Under the pieces are notes generated by a model that was not told the DNA's origin, made no database searches, and was given only the letters and a program-made list of their open reading frames with translations. A DNA stretch of 64,000 bases from Octopus vulgaris (lineage: Eukaryota), in assembly GCA_951406725.2 (NCBI GenBank), contig OX597819.1, positions 85,126,001-85,190,000 of the forward strand, in the 5' to 3' direction. Below are positions 30,692 to 43,900 of the stretch, piece after piece. Position 1 is the stretch's first letter; each line of letters starts with the position of its first letter. The position numbers and the translations under genes are program-made.

Positions 30692-30757
30692 CTACTGAGC
30701 TAAGGGGAGCAATAAGCAATGCAGTAAGGGAAATTTGACCTAATAATACACTAATAT
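30692..30757 (-). CDS. Candidate 66-nt hydrophobic exon, (x)ISVLLGQISLTALLIAPLSSV
   Basis: Acceptor ttgcttttgtttgtag, donor TAG|gtactt; phase 1 to phase 1, compatible with the 29257-29288 candidate. Confidence 0.28.
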
Positions 30758-31309
30758 CTACAAACAAAAGCAAGTAGAACTGATTCCAGTGCATTTTGTA
30801 TTTCAACAACAATAGAAGATGCAGATAAAATAAGTCACCACCATAGTATAGACAAGTGGAAGGCTTAAATTTTTTACATACACTATGATAGTGAATCAAG
30901 TAAAATAACTTAGATAATAGTTGATAATCCTTCCAAAAAATAAGAATGCTTTCTATATGTTAACGTAAGTATATCACGAACAATAAAAACGAACTCCAAA
31001 TTTTGGTATCTTAAAAATCACCGTTTGAAGTAACAGATTGAAATGCTACGGTATTGTGGAAAAAAAAAAGGAAACAAACAAGCAAATAAAATCCCGATCC
31101 TTTCAAAGTTACACCTTTGAAGATGGCGTACCCTTTGAAGCCAGGTAAAGTATTTGGAATTCAACTGAAAGCTGGGTACTTCGGTTTTATAATTATCATA
31201 GCTGAGATGAAAATGAAACACACACACATGCACACATACACGCGTGCGCACGCACAAACATACACACACACACACGTATATGGGGAGAGGGAGAAGAAGA
31301 GAGAGATAA

Positions 31310-31341
<32 letters not shown>

Positions 31342-31486
31342 AGACGGAGAGAGAGAGTCAATAGATGAAATCCAAAGATTTTCAACAGAAAATACTTAGC
31401 TCTCAACTGATTTTAACTCACATTCCGATATCTTTACCGGGCATCAAGTCCGAGGATCAAGTCTAGGTGAGCAGATACGGATACAA

Positions 31487-32031
31487 TTATGCGAAGAAAC
31501 AAATAAAACTGCTTGGGCTTGATGTACAAAATATATATATATATGTATACTTGTAAGAAAAGAGAAAGCAAAGTACAAATTTTCAGACGATGAATATTCA
31601 AACATAAATACAGATATATTTATAACTTAACAGAGTAAATTTACACAGAGGACATACGACACCTTTAAACTTTTCTCTATCACGATCAGAAAGGTCAGAT
31701 TTTTTTCCAAGCCTGAAGATAGAGGCTGGATTCATCCAATGTTTATTTGTATTTAATACTGGTTTGCATATTCTGGTGAACTACATCTGCCAACATTATG
31801 AAGGATCTCCAATCCTCCAGAAACAGTTGTCGGACTTCTAACACCATACCTTCTCCCCTTTAATTTTCCCTGTCGTTTGTTCTCTGTGTAAGTTTGCTAT
31901 ATTAATATATAAATATCTATATATTTATACTTGAATATTCATCGTCTGAAAATTTCAGCCTTTACTTTCTCTCTACTTACATGTAGACATGTATATCAAA
32001 CCCAAGCAGTCTTACTTGTTTGTTCGCATAA
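31487..32031. mobile_element. Penelope-like pLTR remnant: diverged inverted arms around a hammerhead-like motif
   Basis: About 31487-31662 vs 31870-32031 are inverted; CTGAAGA at 31713 and GAAAC-agtt-GTC at 31820-31831. Confidence 0.6.
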
Positions 32032-32045
32032 CTCCCCCCTCTCTC

Positions 32046-32086
<41 letters not shown>

Positions 32087-32208
32087 TATTAGAGAGTTAT
32101 CCACTATATGGATAACTCTAGTATAAAAATAGCTCGAAGCAACCATTAAATTAATATCGATTTTTCACCCTCATTTATAATAATTATATATATATATATA
32201 TATATATA

Positions 32209-32614
32209 TCTTTTAACTTTTACTTGTTTCAATCATTAGACTGCGGCTTTGCTGGGGCACCATTTTCAAGAATTTTTAGTGGAGTGTATCGACCCCAGTA
32301 CATAAGATTTAAAGCCTGGTATTTATCTTATCGGTCTCTTTTGCCGAACCTCTAAGTTACGGGGACGTAAACGCACCACCACCGGTTGTCAAGTGGTGGG
32401 GGGTACAAAACATACAAAAACACCCCACACACCCATACACATATATATATACCTTAAATACAACGGGATCTTTCAGTTTCTGTCAACCACATTCACTCAT
32501 AAGGTTTTGGTCGGCCCAGCACTATAGTAGAAGACATTTGCCCAAGGTGCCACGCAGTAGAACTGAACACAGAACCATGTGGTTGGGAAACAAGCTTTTT
32601 ATCACACAGCCACG
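32209..32614 (-). mobile_element. SINE family A, diverged
   Basis: Homologous to 1903-2309. Confidence 0.85.
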
Positions 32615-32654
32615 ATCCAGCATGTATATATATATATGTATGTATGTATGCATT

Positions 32655-32698
<44 letters not shown>

Positions 32699-32699
32699 A

Positions 32700-32734
<35 letters not shown>

Positions 32735-32735
32735 A

Positions 32736-32776
<41 letters not shown>

Positions 32777-32868
32777 AATGTATATATATATATATATATA
32801 CATAAATGCATACATTCGATTCGTTGGGTTTCGTTTAGTTTCTTCTTCTCTAAGCTGGTTTATATATA

Positions 32869-32912
<44 letters not shown>

Positions 32913-33252
32913 ACCTTAGAGAAGAAGAAGAAACGAAACGAAACCCAGCGAATCGAATCGAATCGACACGAAGGCGCTCTGTCATACAATAGTGCAACAA
33001 ACAAAACACATGCATACACACAAACACACATGCACGTACCTACATCCACATGCATACATACATGCATATATAAATATATATACGTGTGTACAGGACACCA
33101 CAAATAGACGTAGAACTCAACGAGAAACGAAAACGCAAAAACAGCACGGAACGGACCATTTTTTTAACAACGAAAAAAACAGAGTACAAGACAACCACAC
33201 AAGGAAAAATCCCCTTCATCAGCCGTCCCCAGCCCAACCCCAGCGTGCCTCG

Positions 33253-33344
<92 letters not shown>

Positions 33345-33402
33345 GTGTGTGGAAAAAAAAGTCAAGATAGAAAATGCTAAGATAATTTTATAAAAAACAT
33401 TT

Positions 33403-33438
33403 CAGTACCTGTTTCAGTCATTGAGACTTTTTCAACTG
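33403..33438 (-). ncRNA. Minimal hammerhead-like motif with U3:A8 core
   Basis: Minus strand: cag-TTGAAAA-agtc(tcaat)gact-GAAAC-ag-GTA-ctg. Confidence 0.5.
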
Positions 33439-33591
33439 TAACAATTAAATAATTAAATTTTAGAAAAATTAAAAGAAAGTTTTTTTTTTTAATATTTGTA
33501 TAGTGTTCAAATACAAGTGGCATTTTCCTTGTTTCTGCCTGTCTCTGTCTCTCTTATATGTATGCATTATGTTTGTATATATATGTGTGTA

Positions 33592-34110
33592 TATAATGCA
33601 AATAATGACAAAGAAATACTCTCGCACATTAAATACGCTTTAATGATCAGTTACAATTATTTCTGTAACAACTCTGCTTTAAATGCCAGTTTACGCAAAA
33701 GCTGAAAGTGTGAAATTATACGTAGTATTTGCGATTTTAGATATTAGAGTGGCACTTCAGACTTGCATCAAAAGTGAGCACTTCTTCATCATCTTCTTCT
33801 TCTTCTTCGTCTTTTTTTTCTCACATCTTTATACTAATTACTCATCCCCTTCCCATACTATTTATTTACTTTTATTTACTTTTCATTTTCTCCCAATACA
33901 AGCAAAAACGCAAAGTCTGGGAGACGCACGACGTAAGAGTGCACCTTTGACGCAACTGTGAAGTGCCACTCTAACCGCAAATATTACATAAATTTTTGGT
34001 CCGAACTTCTACGTAAACTGGAGTTGAAAGCAGAGTTAGTACAGAAACAAATGTAACTAATCATTAAAATGTGTTAGAGTATTCCTTTGACTTACTATCT
34101 GGATTATATT
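33592..34110. repeat. Diverged inverted repeat, pLTR-like
   Basis: ttagagtggcacttca / tgaagtgccactctaa and flanks are reverse complementary over about 150 bp. Confidence 0.65.
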
Positions 34111-34273
34111 TTACTCTTCTCTAAATCAATAAAACGGTTCTATCCTCGTGAAACCAGGGTTTTCTACACCTGAAATATTTCAGGCGTAGGATCCGACAGT
34201 GTTGATAATCGAGAACTCGGCTTGAGCGCTGCATTGGAAATACCCTATGTTTATATCTTATCAGGACTTTAGA

Positions 34274-34306
<33 letters not shown>

Positions 34307-34308
<2 letters not shown>

Positions 34309-34532
34309 CGCAGGAATGGCTGTGTGGTAAGTAGCTTGCTTACCGACCACATAGTTTCGGGTTCAGTCTCACTGAACAAGTATCTTCTACTATAGCCTCG
34401 GGCCGACCAAAGCTTTGTGAGTAGATTTGGTAGACGGAAACTGAAAGAAGCCTGTCGTATATATATATATATGTGTGTACGTGTGTGAGTGTGTGTATAC
34501 TTGTGTGTGTGTGTTTGTCCCCCACCATCGCT

Positions 34533-34535
<3 letters not shown>
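34307..34535 (+). mobile_element. SINE family A
   Basis: Head ggcgcaggaatggctgtgtggtaag. Confidence 0.85.
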
Positions 34536-34583
<48 letters not shown>

Positions 34584-34645
34584 TATATATATATTATGTT
34601 GTATTAAATTATATTATACACATACATATTATATTACATTACATT

Positions 34646-34677
<32 letters not shown>

Positions 34678-35287
34678 GTGTGTGTCTATGAATCTTACGC
34701 AATCAATTCATGAATATCCGATTGAGTTATGCGACTCATTGTCGTCTCCTGTAATATTCTTCTGCTACTATCTCTTCTGATTTTTTCTCCATCTTTTGCA
34801 CTGAGGAGAATAGTAGTACGTGATTAAATTGATTTAACGATAATTATAATTAATTTCATTTTTCCATGTTTTTTTTTTACATGTTGGTGTTATCATTTGA
34901 AACGAACGTGTGCATGGATTAAAATTTTATAAAGTTTTTAACATTTTCTCTTCTCCGTCTTTAATTGTTAGTCGAGTTTATATAGGATTATATCCTGTAA
35001 ATGCTCATAACACTTCTTATACTTGTTAAATTTTCATATTTTTTTTAATATATGTACTTACAATTTTAAGCTACAATTTTAATTATTAGAAATTTAACTT
35101 TGGACTCCCCCAAGCAAAAATGTTCTAATTGAACTCAACCTTTCTCTCTCACACACATGTATGTATGTATGCATGTATATATAAAGTAAGGAAGAAAATG
35201 AAAATATGTAATTGACAAACATCAGCAAGATCTATTTATTAATTACAATCATAGGAGTAAATATATAACTAAATACAATTCTACTAT

Positions 35288-35378
35288 TACAGCTGTTTCT
35301 ACTTTGGGGGGTCCAGCATGCCAAAGTTGACACATCATATAAAAATTATTCAAAAATTGAACCCCAAAGCTTCATCAG
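35288..35378 (-). ncRNA. Hammerhead-like motif in an inverted pLTR piece abutting a GIY-YIG fragment
   Basis: Minus strand: CTGATGA-a-gctttgggg...ccccaaagt-a-GAAAC-agct-GTA; 5' arm of stem I lost at the junction. Confidence 0.65.
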
Positions 35379-35379
35379 C

Positions 35380-35670
35380 GGGACTACCCAAAACTCTATG
35401 AAACGCAGATTGACTTACCACTTGTATACCGTTAGGAACAGAAATAAGAGCAATTCCACTGGTTTAAGTAAATATATATGGGAATTTAAGGATAAGAGAA
35501 TTAGTTATGACCTTGATTGGAAAATTCTAGCCTCGACTCCTGCATATAATTTAAAGAATAAGATATGTTATTTATGCGTAATTGAAATGTTCTTTGTGTT
35601 GAAAGCGAACCTATCTCTATTTAACAGTAAATAATAAAAGTTTTATGCCTTCATAAAGCTAAATACACCT
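35380..35670 (+). mobile_element. Penelope-like element GIY-YIG endonuclease C-terminal fragment
   Basis: GTTQNSMKRRLTYH...STGLSKYIWEFKDK..YDLDWKIL...CYLCVIE...LFN matches the R/H, E and N motifs of PLE endonucleases. Confidence 0.75.
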
Positions 35671-36294
35671 TCTCTAATTATTATTAATAATTATTATTAG
35701 TATCAGTGTTTCCATTGAAAATATCACCTTTTTGGGACTCGGTCCTCCGCAGTGTAAATCTTTCTACCTCTTTGCCTGATTAAATATTTATAGTTCATCT
35801 AAATCTATCCCTTTTATTTGTCACCAGTCACATTCCATAATCTTATTTTCTGTATTGTAATCATATCAACCCATAAGCATTATTGTCTGTGTTAGGCCCC
35901 TATAATTGTTATAGCAAATTACCATAGATGATATTATCTTTTCCTTATCCATTTCCCTAGTCTGAGCACTATCTATTGTATGATATTCTATTTTCCCTAT
36001 ACGTGTAATGTGACTTTATCTATTTTAAATACCATATATGTTTATTATACCAGTTCTCCCTAGGGTATTACTCCATAGATCTTGTTGGTGTTTGCCATTT
36101 AAATATCTTCTCCATTTTCTTCCTTGCTTTATAAATTCTGGCTAAACTTTTGTTTACCCCCACTTATACCTGTTATTCAATTGTACTATTGCCTTGCAAC
36201 AATGAGTATTTGGATATAAATACGTATACCTCCAGTAGTATATTGAATATTTATTATCCCTTAGATGGTTGTCTAACGTTTAACTCATATCTAC

Positions 36295-36348
<54 letters not shown>

Positions 36349-36456
36349 ATATTAAAATAACTAAGTCTAATATGGCGATAACTATTATATATATATATAT
36401 ATATATATATAGCAATAATAAATCTCTGAACGAGATGTAAACAGTAACCGCTCGAC

Positions 36457-36601
36457 AACGTAAAGTATACTAGCCATCTCAATATGGCTAACCACTAAGG
36501 GCGGGTGTTACTGTAGGGTGTGTGTGTGTGTGGGTTAAAAGCTACAGTAACACCCACCCTTAGTGGTTAGCCATATTAAAATGGCTAGTATACTTTACGT
36601 T
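36457..36601. repeat. 60-bp inverted repeat next to long (TA)n
   Basis: 36457-36516 vs 36542-36601 reverse complementary with few mismatches. Confidence 0.85.
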
Positions 36602-36607
36602 ATATAT

Positions 36608-36810
<203 letters not shown>

Positions 36811-37193
36811 ATAAATAAAATATATGCATACATACAAACATATATGTACGTACCTACATATACATGTATATATACATGCATATATAAATATATATACGTG
36901 AGTACAGGACACCACAACTAGACGTAGAACTCAACGAGAAACGAAAACGGAAAAGCCATTTTTTTATTACGGAAAAACAGAGACGTGGAACTGGACGAGA
37001 AACGAAAACGGGAAAAACATTTTTTTTACAACAGAAAAACAGAGTACAGGACATGCTACACAAGGAAAAATCCCCAATCATCAGCTGTCGCTAGTAGACT
37101 CAAGCGTGTACTATTGTACTATTGTCTGACAGCGCTTTCGCGTCGGGTTCGTTTCGATTTGTCGCTTCGTTCCGTTTCTTATCCTCCCAGTAT

Positions 37194-37238
<45 letters not shown>

Positions 37239-37677
37239 CATAAAATAATAAGGTAGTTAGAATGTTTGAAAGAAATTTTGTATTTGAATTAGGCAAGGTT
37301 TTAATTGAAAAACTAGATGTTGTCTTTTGACCAGTTCAAATGCAAAAATTATGTTCCCTTTCTCTTCTTTTTCCTCCCCCACATTAAAAGGCCACTAAAT
37401 ACTAAACAAACAACTCTGACCATATAAAAGCCACGCCTCTTTACCTTCCCCTTCTCAAAAAAACTTTTTCTTTCTTCTCTCTTGCTTGGCAAACCCCAGA
37501 AAATTCTTTATAAAAAGGCCAAGAAATCTAAATTTGAACCAGTTTTTGATAAATCCGATGTAATGTGTAAATAAGATGTAAATAAATAAAAAAATATATA
37601 TATATATATAATCATCCAGCATTCTGACTGCCTTATTATTCAAATATACAATATTTGTACATCACCTCAAACTCACT

Positions 37678-37779
<102 letters not shown>

Positions 37780-38986
37780 ACTATATATAATATTATATTA
37801 TATAATATTACATTATATTATATTATATATATTATATTATATTATATATATTATATATATATATATATATATGTAGAAGCAAAAGAATTACAAATGTGCA
37901 GCATTTTCAATTTCATTTCATTGATGACATATTCAATATTCTTCTCTTTTACCAAGTCTGAATGGACATATACCGTTTTCTGATGAAATGTGCATATAAA
38001 TGATTGCATAAATATAAACAAGAATGTTTTCAAAGATCAATTTGTTTTAAACAGAAAACCAAAACAATAGAAAATCATTTTAATAGAAAATGTCATGATT
38101 ATAAAAAAACCAAAACAATTAATTATCAGTTCAGATGATTATGGAAAGTTGAAAAGTGAAAGCGAGGGAAGTGTCAGAAGCCAAGTTTCCTATTAACTGG
38201 TTTAATATAATAATGTACAATATAATAATAATACAATATAATAATTCCATTCGCACCGCGTATATTTTATAAGAATATTAAATCGACCCCAGAATATTAA
38301 ATCGCTCCCCATCGTTCAATAGGAAATATATTGAACAACAGAATCATATACGTCCACTTCAGAAAATGAAACTGGCAGTCAACTTTCGTGATGAGGTAGA
38401 TTTAAGGATATATGTAATTGCATTTAGAAAATACCTAAAAGCTAGTTATGCACCATATGATGTTGCATTTCTGCCAAAACCATTCTACATTTTCCCCCTA
38501 CATATATCTAAAGAAGAAATCTTATCTCAAAATTATTCATATACCAAAAGACTAAATATTCTTTCTGCTATAAGAAAGAAGGTTTGAAATTTTAGGAAAG
38601 GAGCTAGCCGATTAAATCGATCCAGTGCTCTACTGATACCTATTTCATCTGCCCCGAAGGGATGAAAAGCAAAGTTGATCTCCGCGGTATTAGAACTAAG
38701 AATGCGAAAATGGACGAAATGCTGTGAAGCATTTTGTTCTGCGTGCTAACAATTCTGCCACGTTGCCGCCTTGACAAAAACCTAAATACAGGATGGCCCA
38801 AAAGTCACAAAGGTGTTAATAATTCAATTATGCTGTTTTAAATTTACGATAACGTACATATATGAGACAATGAGCAAACGTCTACGTGGTCGTTCTACGT
38901 GCTAAAAATAGTGGTCAAATAAACTTTAAAAAATTACCTTACTGCCTTAAAAATTGACATTTTAGAGAATGTAATCAGAGGTATAC

Positions 38987-39204
38987 TACGAGGGGGTGCC
39001 GAAACGTTCTTAACTTTTAGGGTATTGCGAAAGACCGGGTTGGAGGATCAATCTTCCGAATCATTTTACACGACCTTGAAAAACTTAAGGACCGCTGCAA
39101 TAAGTGTATGAATGTGAGGTGGGAATATATTTAAATAAAATCACAACTAACTGATCATCCTGCTTTTTCTTCTACCCAAAGCCAGGAACTTTTCAGTACC
39201 CATC

Positions 39205-39207
<3 letters not shown>
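38987..39207 (+). mobile_element. Mariner-derived MITE, same family as 24592-24812
   Basis: tacgagggggtgccgaaacgttc...gaacttttcagtacccatcgta; TA at both ends. Confidence 0.8.
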
Positions 39208-39242
<35 letters not shown>

Positions 39243-39245
39243 GTG

Positions 39246-39297
<52 letters not shown>

Positions 39298-39382
39298 CAC
39301 GGTGATCGCCATAAGCTTTAAGCTTATATGAAAATGCCATTATAATTATTATTTATTGGATTGTAAAATACGGCACCATATA

Positions 39383-39612
39383 TATTTCTTTACTGCCCAG
39401 AAGGGGCTAAACATAGAGAGGACAAACAAGGACAGACGAAGGGATTGAGTCGATTATATCGCTCCCAGTGCGAAACTGGTACTTTATTTATCGACCCCGA
39501 AAGGTTGAAAGGCAAAGTTGACCTCGGCGGAATTTGAACTCAGAACGTAACGACAGACGAAATACCGCTAAGCATTTCGCCCGGCGCGCTAACGTTTCTG
39601 CCACATTCGCAC
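39383..39612 (-). mobile_element. SINE family B monomer
   Basis: Homologous to 41438-41670. Confidence 0.85.
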
Positions 39613-39685
39613 CGAAAGCATAAATGGAAAGTTTGTTTACATAAAAAACAAATATGTTCTTAAATTTGACAGAAGACGGGAGGCT

Positions 39686-39753
39686 GGTTCGCTGGTGTAA
39701 AGGTAACACAGCCGCGTTAACAAAGGGATGTGGATTCGAGTCCCACGCGGATA
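39686..39753 (+). pseudogene. tRNA-like pseudogene or SINE head
   Basis: D arm gtgt/acac, T arm gtgga-ttcgagt-cccac, imperfect acceptor stem, downstream T-run; anticodon arm does not pair. Confidence 0.4.
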
Positions 39754-39923
39754 GGAAAGCCTTCTTTTTTTCTGTCGAGGGCTTATATGCCCCGTTATTA
39801 GACTGCTTTTCTTAGCCATTGCACGGTGATCGCCAAAAGCTTTAAGCATATATAAAAATACCATTATTATTATTTACAGGATTGTAAAATATGCCACCGT
39901 ATAACAAAACCATTCGCAACGAT

Positions 39924-39956
<33 letters not shown>

Positions 39957-39957
39957 A

Positions 39958-40143
<186 letters not shown>

Positions 40144-40158
40144 TATATATATATACAC

Positions 40159-40339
40159 ACAAGGGGATGCTGCTAAGTTCCTCGTGAAAGGCCCAATCCT
40201 CCGACTTATTTTACAGGACTTAGAAAAAATGAAGTGTGTGGATCTGAGAGGTGGAATATGTTTGAAGAAAATCATAATTAACTGATCTTCATGTATTTTC
40301 TTTTACTCAAGGTCAGGAAATGTTCAGCACCTTCTTGTA
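40159..40339 (+). mobile_element. Mariner-derived MITE, diverged third copy
   Basis: Shares aaaatcataattaactgatc and the right TIR with the other two copies. Confidence 0.7.
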
Positions 40340-41010
40340 TGGTTGGAGAAGAAGAAAAGTTAACCATTTCTAGAAAACACTCGATCATGTTTGTTTGATG
40401 AAAGGATATATAATAATTAACATATATAGAAACACCGAAGGATTGTTTGGATAACTCTCATAAGTAATTTTAGTTTAGCATGTAATCTTTTTTTTCTGAA
40501 TAAATACGAAAGGTTCAATTTAATCACATGAGATGTCGTAGATGATCTTTCTCTACCTGTACGAATACGCAGTAAACTGAACCGTACTACATGCACTTTT
40601 AATCTCATAAATGTATTATGAATAGTGTTGTAGCAGATGTTAATATTGTTTCAACTGAACTTACAAAATTTCTTCAATAGATTGAAATAGGTTATAAATT
40701 ACATTTACCTGCAGGGATAAAAATTTCTTATTATCTCTCAGCTTCAAATATTTTATGATTTATGTGGCATCACCAGCCTATAACTTTACGTGGCAACACC
40801 AGCCTACTGCTCTATTATTTATGTAATCTATCATTTATTTTCTTTACTCAATGCATGTACTTGTTGAAGATTTTTAAAGCTATAATAAAAGGGTACATAG
40901 TCTGGCAGCAGGCTCTTGATGAGCCAAGTATGCAAGTAGGTTTCACTTCAAGTTTGAAACCAACAGTATGCCATTGGAAAAGATGTGGAAGTATCATTAG
41001 ATCTAACCAT

Positions 41011-41835
41011 AAGGCGGCGAGCTGGCAGCAACGTTAGCACGCCGGACGAAATGCTCAGCGGTATTTCGTCTGCCGCTACGTTCTGAGTTCAAATTCGCCG
41101 ATGTCGACCTTGCCTTTCATCCTTTCAGGGTCGATAAATTAAGCACCAGTTACGCACTGGAGTCGATATAATCGACTTAATCTGTTTGTCTGTCCTTGTT
41201 TGTTCCCTCTGTGTTTAGCCCCTTGTGGGTAGTAAAGAAATAGGTATTTTGTCTGCCGCTACGTTCTGAGTTCAAATTCCGCCGAGGTCGACTTTGCCTT
41301 TCATCCTTTCGGTGTCGATTAAATAAGTACCAGTTACGCATTGGGGTCGATATAATCGATTTAATCCGTTTGTCTGTCCTTGTTTGTCCTCTCTGTGTTT
41401 AGCCCCTTGTGGGTAGTAAAGAAATAGGTATTTCAAAGGCGGCGAGCTGGCGGAAACGTTAGCACGCCGGGCGAAATGCTTAGCGGTATTTCGTCTGCCG
41501 CTACGTTCTGAGTTCAAATTCCGCCGAGGTCGACTTTGCCTTTCATCCTTTCGAGGTCGATTAAATAAGTACCAGTTACGCACTGGGGTCAATGTAATCA
41601 ACTTAATCCGTTTGTCTGTCCTTGTTTGTCCTCTCTGTGTTTAGCCCCTTGTGGGTAGTAAAGAAATAGGTATTTTACCAGTTTCTACGTTCTGAGTTCA
41701 AATTCCGCCGAGGTCGACTTTGCCTTTCATTCTTTCGGGGTCGATGAATTAAGTACAGTTAAGTAGCAGTGTCGATCTGATCAACTTACCCGCTCCCCAC
41801 AAATTTCATACCTTGTGCCTATATTAGAAAAGATT
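41011..41835 (+). mobile_element. Four-unit tandem or nested array of SINE family B
   Basis: Four copies of ttctgagttcaaatt..gtcgac..gcctttcat; heads at 41013 and 41438; flanked by attagatctaacc / attagaactaacc. Confidence 0.9.
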
Positions 41836-42949
41836 ATTAGAACTAACCTTTTGGGCTATTTCTAATAGTATTTAGATTAGGTTTCATGCTTATTTGAGTA
41901 CAGGAATAAAAAAATAGAACAGCTTGTCATATTTTCCCAACTTTGTTCAAATCCTTATAGTTACAAAGAGCTTGAAACTTTAAATTTGGATACAGCAGAC
42001 ATTGCCCCCTTAAGCTGTACATAACTATTCCACATTTCCTCCGATTTTAGCAACAGATATAATGATTAAAAAAAAAAAGAAGCAACCTAAAAATACAGCA
42101 GCATTTGCAATACTCATATCAAGAGCACGAAGATTATTATCATTGCGTATTGATTAGATCTCAATCTATAAATAATCTTGTACATAGATTAAATAACTAC
42201 AGTTTGTATACAAGTCTCACAATTAAAATAGCTCATGTCCAAGTGTTATATTTCAGTATAATATCATGCAGAAAACAGCAGAAACTACACCCTCATCTTC
42301 GCTTATTGTATGGCTGAATTGCTTTGTCCGTCTGAAAGTCTTTTCAGTCACCAAAGAACTTTCGTCTTTCCCCATTACTTTCTGCTATAAAATCAGAAAA
42401 AAGCAGAGGGAGGTGAGTTAACTTCGGTTTTCATCTTTAAGCTCTCTGTTAAAAGGCAGTTTATCAAAATGGATAACAGAGAGAAATTTCCGTTTTCCTG
42501 ATTTTGAGATTATTATAATGATATAATTATTTACTAATGTGAAGTTTGACTAATTTTTTTCTAATTTCTGTCCAATTCATTTTAAAATAATATAGTGAAA
42601 CCATAGTGTATTTAAATAATATAGAATTGTTAAGATATTGAGATTCTATATTTTCCCAACTACATCATTTAATTAGAGTAATTGGCTATTTGAAAAGTTT
42701 ACCGTTTTACTTAGGATCATAGAATTTTGTTTCTAATTTCCCTCCAATTAGAAAGACTTTACAGTAATTAATAGCCAAAATATCTCGGAAATTATGCAGG
42801 ATATAGAATTGCCAAGACATTAAAATTCTATTTTGGCAGCGACATCATTACCGTTAGAGTAGTCAATGACCTGAAAATAGTTCTATTTTAGTTAAAGCTA
42901 TAAGTCTTTGTATTTAATTGAAGAAAGTTGGTGTGCATCATATTTGGTG

Positions 42950-43900
42950 GAATCGGTGTGTCTATCGTTTGGTTTGAATTTGTCTAGATTGTTGATTTAG
43001 GAAGAAAAGGAGACGACAGGAGTGAGTTCCAGAGTATTGTAGTTCTGAGAATAAATTATAAGACAAAGTTTAGTGTAGAATTTGCTGAATATGACACAGT
43101 AGGGGTGACAAGTGCAGAAATATTTGATACTTTGGATAGTTTTCAACGGAAGTGTTATGTAGACCGCTAAGAGAATAAAGCTGTCAAAATAATTAAAGAA
43201 AATATAGACATGATAAATAGTTTGTCTGTTGTTTAGTATGTTCTTGACAGAATATTTGCCTGTAAGCTAGATATATTTTAGAGTAAGAAGTACTAATATA
43301 TCGTATTTGACCTTTGTAGATGATCAGCAACTAGTCTGAGCCGAAGTTTTTCCTCACAAAACAGGAAGTCTAAACTGTGATGCAACTCAGCTATATTATA
43401 TATGTTTAGTCATCATTGAAAGAACACCAGTGATTGTTAAGTGTAGAATTTAGTTGATTGTGTGCTATTCATGTATAAACGGAGGTTCAGTGCCAAACTG
43501 GTTCTTTGGCTTGAACAGCAATAGGCTATTTGTAGCGTCGTTGCAATCAGTAAACAGTTGAGTAAAAGCCTCCCAGATGGTAATGGTGGGGATTCAAGGT
43601 GTATGAGTAGTTCGGTAGAATCTTGTGAAGTTCGTAATTTTTTAAATTAGATTATGGTAAAACGACTCAGTGGCTATAGAGGTGATGAAAGTATTGATAT
43701 GTGAGTGTACAACGGTGAGTGTATGCATGTGGTAGTGGGTGAGTAAGAATGAATGGGAATAATGGATGAGATAGAAAGAGATCGGCGGCGTGTCAACCTG
43801 TGCATGTGCTGGTAATTCAAAATAGCAAACGATTCAGATGTATCCATATCGACGTTGACGGATTACCGGACCAAGAAGAGTTAAATGTATTGAAATCCAG
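42950..43900 (-). mobile_element. Highly decayed CR1/Jockey-group LINE remnant
   Basis: Minus-strand pieces LNPHH..W (APE-like) and TILWNSL...NNLDKFK (C-terminal); ends approximate. Confidence 0.4.

Noticed and set aside
34797-34914. tgca-CTGAGGA...GAAAC-gaac-GTG-tgca
   Set aside because: The cleavage triplet is GUG and stem II is decayed; not called functional.
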